NCBI GenBank assembly: GCA_039944855.1
Contig: JBDUXZ010000001.1
Location: 2,568-66,567 of the forward strand
From: Rhodothermales bacterium
GTDB taxonomy: Bacteria; Bacteroidota; Rhodothermia; Rhodothermales; JANQRZ01
Length of the DNA: 64,000 nucleotides
Direction: 5' to 3'
The position numbers were made by a program, and so were the translations under genes. Position 1 is the stretch's first letter. Every line of letters begins with the position of its first letter. The notes beneath the pieces were generated by a model. The model saw only the letters and a program-made list of their open reading frames with translations, was not told the DNA's origin and searched no databases. This document shows, piece after piece, positions 58,956-64,000 of this stretch.

Positions 58956-59543
58956 TTACTCCTCGATGAGTACGACATCGAGGGTGATGTCGATCATCTT
59001 GCCGACGATCGCGTTGCCAAACTCAGCGACCTTATTCCATTCGAGGCCAAAATCGAAACGGTCGAGGCGCCCGGTTGCCAAGAAGTCGACGCGTCGTTTT
59101 CCATCTCGGATGATGCGCTCATCATGACGCACGGCATGGAGCTCTATCGGCTTGGTCACGCCTCGTATCGTCAACATCCCCGTGATGACATACGTGCTGT
59201 CCCCGACATGCTCGAACGAGGTGCTCTCGAAAAGGAGGTCGGGGTGCTGCTCCGCGTCGAAGAAAAAGGGCTGCATCAACTCCTCGTCTCGTGCGGGAAT
59301 GCCCGTATAGACACTTGCGACTGAGATGGATGCGTTGATCTGGGCACCTTCGAAATCGTCGCCGGACCTGACGACGGTCCCATTAAACGAGCGGAAGACC
59401 CCATCCACATGAGTGAAATAGAAATGCTGCACCTTGAAGCCAACCGTGGACGGTCCCTGAGCGATCCGCCACGTGGTCTGGCTCCAAGCATAGGAAGGCC
59501 ACAGGAGGAGTATCCCAAGTAGAACAAACGCGGTACGTATCAT
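58956..59543 (-). CDS. YceI family periplasmic protein
   Basis: A signal peptide is followed by STVGFKVQHFYFTHVDGVFRSFNGTV...ASVYTGIPARDEEL...ITGMLTIRGVTKPIEL. GC content is markedly lower than the window average. Confidence 0.8.
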   Translation of the reverse strand: MIRTAFVLLGILLLWPSYAWSQTTWRIAQGPSTVGFKVQHFYFTHVDGVFRSFNGTVVRSGDDFEGAQINASISVASVYTGIPARDEELMQPFFFDAEQHPDLLFESTSFEHVGDSTYVITGMLTIRGVTKPIELHAVRHDERIIRDGKRRVDFLATGRLDRFDFGLEWNKVAEFGNAIVGKMIDITLDVVLIEE

Positions 59544-59995
59544 CGGGTAAGGGCTGTCACATCCAGTGCATGGAGCCGTGCGAAGATATGCACCGACAGG
59601 TTATGATAGGATCGCAGGAGATGACGACCCTGGAGTCGAGCGTAGCCGTCTGGTCATTCCCCACGCCCGAGATAGGTGGACTGTGCGTTCGGTTGACGAT
59701 GTGGATATCGGCGCTCATCGAGAACGCGCTCGACGGGAGCCAGATCAACTGACCGCAGAGGAGGATCGTCCGTTTGAGTGATCCTGTCCCCCCGAGAGAG
59801 CGTACCGATCGTAGTCCCTCTTTGCACAAGGAGTGCCTGCGGAGCGTGCCGCACGTTGTGCCCCAGGCGTGTTACGCTGCCGGGACTAAAGGCACGGGTA
59901 TTGCCCGCCATGAGGCTCAGCACCCCACATCCGCCTCCTCGAACGGGTGCTCCAACTCAATAGCAATCCGATAGCAGTCGGGGAGCCCAAACGCA

Positions 59996-60030
59996 AAGAG
60001 GCTTCAGGTCAGAGTGACCTGAAGCCTCTT
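59996..60030 (-). terminator. 16-bp perfect hairpin immediately downstream of tRNA-Lys
   Basis: AAGAGGCTTCAGGTCA-GAG-TGACCTGAAGCCTCTT is followed on the minus strand by TGCGTTTGGG. Confidence 0.65.
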
Positions 60031-60033
60031 GCA

Positions 60034-60109
<76 letters not shown>

Positions 60110-60130
60110 GCTTGGAGTGCCCAAAATAAC

Positions 60131-60163
60131 AACGGGAACCGGAATGCAGTTCCGGCCCCCGTT
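60131..60163 (-). terminator. compound hairpin plus T-tract after the TerB-like gene
   Basis: AACGGG pairs with CCCGTT and CCGGAA pairs with TTCCGG. On the minus strand the hairpin is followed by GTTATTTTGG. Confidence 0.6.
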
Positions 60164-60188
60164 GAAGCGTGGTTGAATAGCGCTGCGC

Positions 60189-60668
60189 TCAGCCCAATTC
60201 GTCCGGGCAGGCGAGGGGGCGGACGATCGCATCGCCTTTGCCGTGCTCGCGGAGGTGGTAGGCGTACGTGTGCATCGTAGCGATGTCTTCGGGGGAGATC
60301 CCGAGCTCCTCGCGCACGGCCTCGAGCGTCTGCGGCTCGCCGGGCTCGATCTCGCCATCGGCGAGGGCGACGTCGACGAGGTTGAGCATCAGCCCGCGGC
60401 GGATCGACTCATCGGTGTCCTTGAGGAGGTCGAGGCAGGCGCGGAGGGACGGGGGAGAGATGCTGAGGGCGAACGCGCGCTGGCGGGCGTCCTCGGAGAG
60501 CCCCTCGAGCTGGAGCGATTCGAGGATCTGGTCGGACTCGCGCTCGTCGATGGTATCGTCGGCGGCGGCGAGGGCGAAGAGGGCGCCGTAGAAGGCGAGC
60601 CGTTGTCGCTCGGAAAGGCCCGAGAGGTCGAGCACGGAGGGAGCGGGGGGAAGTTGGGTGGCAGCCAT
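60189..60668 (-). CDS. TerB-like (tellurite-resistance TerB fold) protein
   Basis: Two copies of the acidic TerB-type motif are present (LAAADDTIDERE and VALADGEIEPGE) in a helical protein of about 160 aa. Confidence 0.55.
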   Translation of the reverse strand: MAATQLPPAPSVLDLSGLSERQRLAFYGALFALAAADDTIDERESDQILESLQLEGLSEDARQRAFALSISPPSLRACLDLLKDTDESIRRGLMLNLVDVALADGEIEPGEPQTLEAVREELGISPEDIATMHTYAYHLREHGKGDAIVRPLACPDELG

Positions 60669-60701
60669 ATGCGGAGATTGGAGTCGGTCGGAGGGGGACG
60701 G

Positions 60702-61877
60702 TTAAGATACGGACGTTGACGCGCGATCCGTTGCGGCGGCTTCGCGGTCGAAGAGGTCGAGGAGCGGGCGGCGACGCCACGCCGGGCTGTACTTCCGCAT
60801 CCAGCGGCGGTCGACGGTGTGCTTGAGGCGGAGAATCGGGCCGCCGCGCAGCCAGAGCCGACCGGAGACCCAGAGGCCCTCGGGCTCTCCGGTCGAGAGG
60901 ATGAGCGGCGTGAGTGGGTAGGGCGTGAACGCGCTGAGATCGAGGTCGCCGAGGGAGCGATCCGCCAACAACGCATCGAGCGCGCGGGCGATGTTGTCGC
61001 GGAGCAGCGGCCCCTGTTTGACGGCGTTGACGCCAATCTTCTTCAAGTCGGGATAGCTGTCGAGCGCCGCGCAGTCGCCCGCCGCGAAGAGCCACGGGGC
61101 CGAGGGGCACTGCATCGTGTCGGCGACGCGGAGGAAGCCGGCGTCGTCCACGGGCAACCCAGACTCGCGGAAGAGGGGCGGACCTGCCGTGCCGGTCGCC
61201 CACAGCACGCGGTCGGCCGCGATGCGGGTGCCGTCGGCGAGGACGACCTCGCCGTTCTCCGCCGCTTCGACGCGCGTCGAGAGGGTGACGGTGACGCCAC
61301 GCTGTTCCAACAGGCGAAGGGCTTCGCGCTGCATCCCGGCCGGGACGTTCGGTAGCAACGAATCGGCCGGTTCGAAGAGGGTCAGCCGGAGGGCGTCGGG
61401 CCGAGTGGCGCCGACGCGCGCGCTGACGTTGAGTGCGACTTCGACGCCCGCCGCTCCGCCGCCCACAATCGCGAGGTGCTGCGTTCCGCTTTCGCGGTCG
61501 AGGGCGTCGCGGACGAACCGTTCGAGCGCTTCGATGTGGTGGAGCGGCTTCGTTGGAATCGCGTCGCCGGCCGCGTCCCGCTTCGGGTTCACGCCGCCGA
61601 CGTCGAGCGCGGCGAGGTCGCACGGCAGCGTTTCGCCGGAGGCGAGCACGACGCCCGGCGGGTCGAGCGAGAGGCCTGTCACCCGGCTCTGCGTGAACGC
61701 CACGCCGGACGCGGCGCACAGCCGACGGAGATCGACCCGCACCTGCTCCGACGCGTAGACGCCGCCGAGGTGCTCGGGCACCATCCCCGAGTAGAACAGC
61801 GCGTCCGACTCATCGACGAGCGTGATGGCGACGCCGCGTGCCGTCCACGTCCCGGCGTGCTTCACGAGCGGCAGCAT
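60702..61877 (-). CDS. FAD/NAD(P)-dependent pyridine-nucleotide-disulfide oxidoreductase family protein (annotated start probably too short)
   Basis: A second Rossmann motif is present (LAIVGGGAAGVEVA), plus FAAGDCA. The first dinucleotide-binding motif (HLVLVGGGHA) is encoded in frame upstream of the first ATG, between 61878 and 61952, where no ATG/GTG/TTG exists. Confidence 0.7.
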   Translation of the reverse strand: MLPLVKHAGTWTARGVAITLVDESDALFYSGMVPEHLGGVYASEQVRVDLRRLCAASGVAFTQSRVTGLSLDPPGVVLASGETLPCDLAALDVGGVNPKRDAAGDAIPTKPLHHIEALERFVRDALDRESGTQHLAIVGGGAAGVEVALNVSARVGATRPDALRLTLFEPADSLLPNVPAGMQREALRLLEQRGVTVTLSTRVEAAENGEVVLADGTRIAADRVLWATGTAGPPLFRESGLPVDDAGFLRVADTMQCPSAPWLFAAGDCAALDSYPDLKKIGVNAVKQGPLLRDNIARALDALLADRSLGDLDLSAFTPYPLTPLILSTGEPEGLWVSGRLWLRGGPILRLKHTVDRRWMRKYSPAWRRRPLLDLFDREAAATDRASTSVS

Positions 61878-61952
61878 CGCGTGGCCCCCGCCGACGAGGA
61901 CGAGGTGGGGCGAGCGGCTGCGTATGGCGGTGCGGGGGTCGATGGTGCGGGG

Positions 61953-62942
<990 letters not shown>

Positions 62943-63015
62943 AGCGATGGGATTCGGACGGGGGAAGGGAAGGCGGGAGCGCCGAGACCACACGCCTCAG
63001 CACGCTACGGCGAGA

Positions 63016-64000
63016 TCAGCCTGCGATGTCGGGGGAGCGGAGCGATTCGTCTTTGATGGCGACGTACACGGACCTGCGCAGCTCGTCGATCCACTCGCTC
63101 ATCACCTGCTGCCGCTTGTCTTGGAGGGCGAACTCCTCGATCAGCGCGTAGTCGTCGGCGAGCGTCATCGGGTGGGCGGGTGTGCGCCGCTGGAGCAGCA
63201 CGATCTGGTACGCCTCGCGCCCGTCGAGCAGCTCCACGTTCGCCGGCTGGCTGATCTCGCCGACTTCGAGCGTGTCGAGCGTCTGCTTCCACGTCGGGCT
63301 GAGGGCGTCGTAGCGGAGGTCGCGGTCGCCGCTTTGGGGGACGGTTACGTTCCCGCCGCGTGCGGCGGACGTCTCGTCCTCGGAAAACTCCTTCGCCATC
63401 AGCGCGAACGACGCGCCGCCCGTCAGCACGGAGTCGCGGACCATCTCGAGTGTCGCGAGCGCCTCGGTCGGGTCGGTGCGGGAGGCGTCGATGCGGATGA
63501 GGACGTGGTTGAAGTCGACGACGTCGCCGACGCGGTTGTTGAGGCGCATGACGTGGTAGCCGAACTGCGTCTCGAATACCTGCGAGAGCTCGTCGGGGTT
63601 GAGCGTTGCAGCGATGGCGCCGAACTCGGGGACGAGGTCGCGGATGTTCACGCTCGCGTAGCGCCCGCCGCGAGTTGCGCTGCCGGGGTCGTCGGAGTAG
63701 CGCTGCGCGAGGGCTTCGATCGTCTCGGCGCCGGTGGCGATCGAATCGCGGATCGCGTCGATCGTCGCGCGGGCCTCGTCGCGGGCGGACTGATCGACGT
63801 CGGGGAACTGGACGACGTTCGCGACGCGGACGAGGTTCGGCACTTCGGGGATCGAGTCGGCCGGGATCGCGGCGAACCACTCGCGGACCTCCTGCGGCGT
63901 GATGCGGACCTGGAAGTACTTCCGGCGCTGGAGCGTCTGGGCAAGGAGCTGGTTCTGGACCTGCTTGCGGAAGTCCTCGCGGAGCTGGGCGACGCTCTTA
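63016..64000 (-). CDS. SurA/PpiD-like peptidyl-prolyl isomerase (two parvulin domains); 5' end outside the window
   Basis: Parvulin motifs are present (FGYHVMRL and a second PPIC-like repeat). The frame stays open to nt 64000 (…QVRITPQEVREWFAAIPADSIPEVPNLVRV…), so the GTG at 63843 is internal. Confidence 0.8.
   Translation of the reverse strand, partial: KSVAQLREDFRKQVQNQLLAQTLQRRKYFQVRITPQEVREWFAAIPADSIPEVPNLVRVANVVQFPDVDQSARDEARATIDAIRDSIATGAETIEALAQRYSDDPGSATRGGRYASVNIRDLVPEFGAIAATLNPDELSQVFETQFGYHVMRLNNRVGDVVDFNHVLIRIDASRTDPTEALATLEMVRDSVLTGGASFALMAKEFSEDETSAARGGNVTVPQSGDRDLRYDALSPTWKQTLDTLEVGEISQPANVELLDGREAYQIVLLQRRTPAHPMTLADDYALIEEFALQDKRQQVMSEWIDELRRSVYVAIKDESLRSPDIAG

Noticed and set aside
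59544-60033. Small ORFs in the low-GC spacer next to tRNA-Lys (59557..59829-, 59654..59923-, 59566..59781+ and others), considered as possible integrase or toxin remnants.
   Set aside because: They overlap one another in several frames, have no recognisable motif (no integrase R-H-R-Y elements) and have odd composition. The region is treated as non-coding, decayed DNA.

Overview
This is a 64-kb chromosomal window that is very GC-rich by eye (about two-thirds G+C). It most likely comes from a Rhodothermia/Bacteroidota-type organism, because three secreted proteins carry Por/T9SS C-terminal sorting domains and Shine-Dalgarno signals are not obvious. About 50 protein genes and two tRNAs (Arg-CCG, Lys-CTT) are supported. 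The housekeeping backbone includes cdsA, mutL, tilS, hpt, fbp, purM, gpsA, parC/parE-like topoisomerase genes, fxsA, a MoxR ATPase and a SurA-like PPIase. Two regions stand out. (1) A sensory operon at 20.0-29.8 kb holds an 1868-aa histidine kinase with 11 PAS/PAC domains and a GAF domain, one PAS being LOV-like but lacking the cysteine. It also holds a membrane kinase whose N-terminus resembles the plant ETR1 ethylene-binding domain, a single-domain response regulator, a receiver-pseudokinase hybrid and a translationally coupled DUF2064-type glycosyltransferase. The two kinases share near-identical DNA blocks, and a palindromic repeat element sits inside the operon. (2) An accessory stretch at about 48.3-60.0 kb ends at tRNA-Lys. 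It contains an orphan phage Gp157-like gene, a DUF305 gene, an LVIVD-repeat gene, and a small ORF that fits the lasso-peptide leader motif with no maturation enzymes nearby. It also contains two paralogous YHYH lipoproteins flanking an OmpR/HK pair, a truncated TonB-receptor fragment and a low-GC YceI islet. No CRISPR array, rRNA, transposase or integrase was seen. Many long ORFs in the supplied track are antisense shadows or upstream over-extensions typical of high-GC DNA. All functional calls come from reading motifs by eye and have not been checked against any database.
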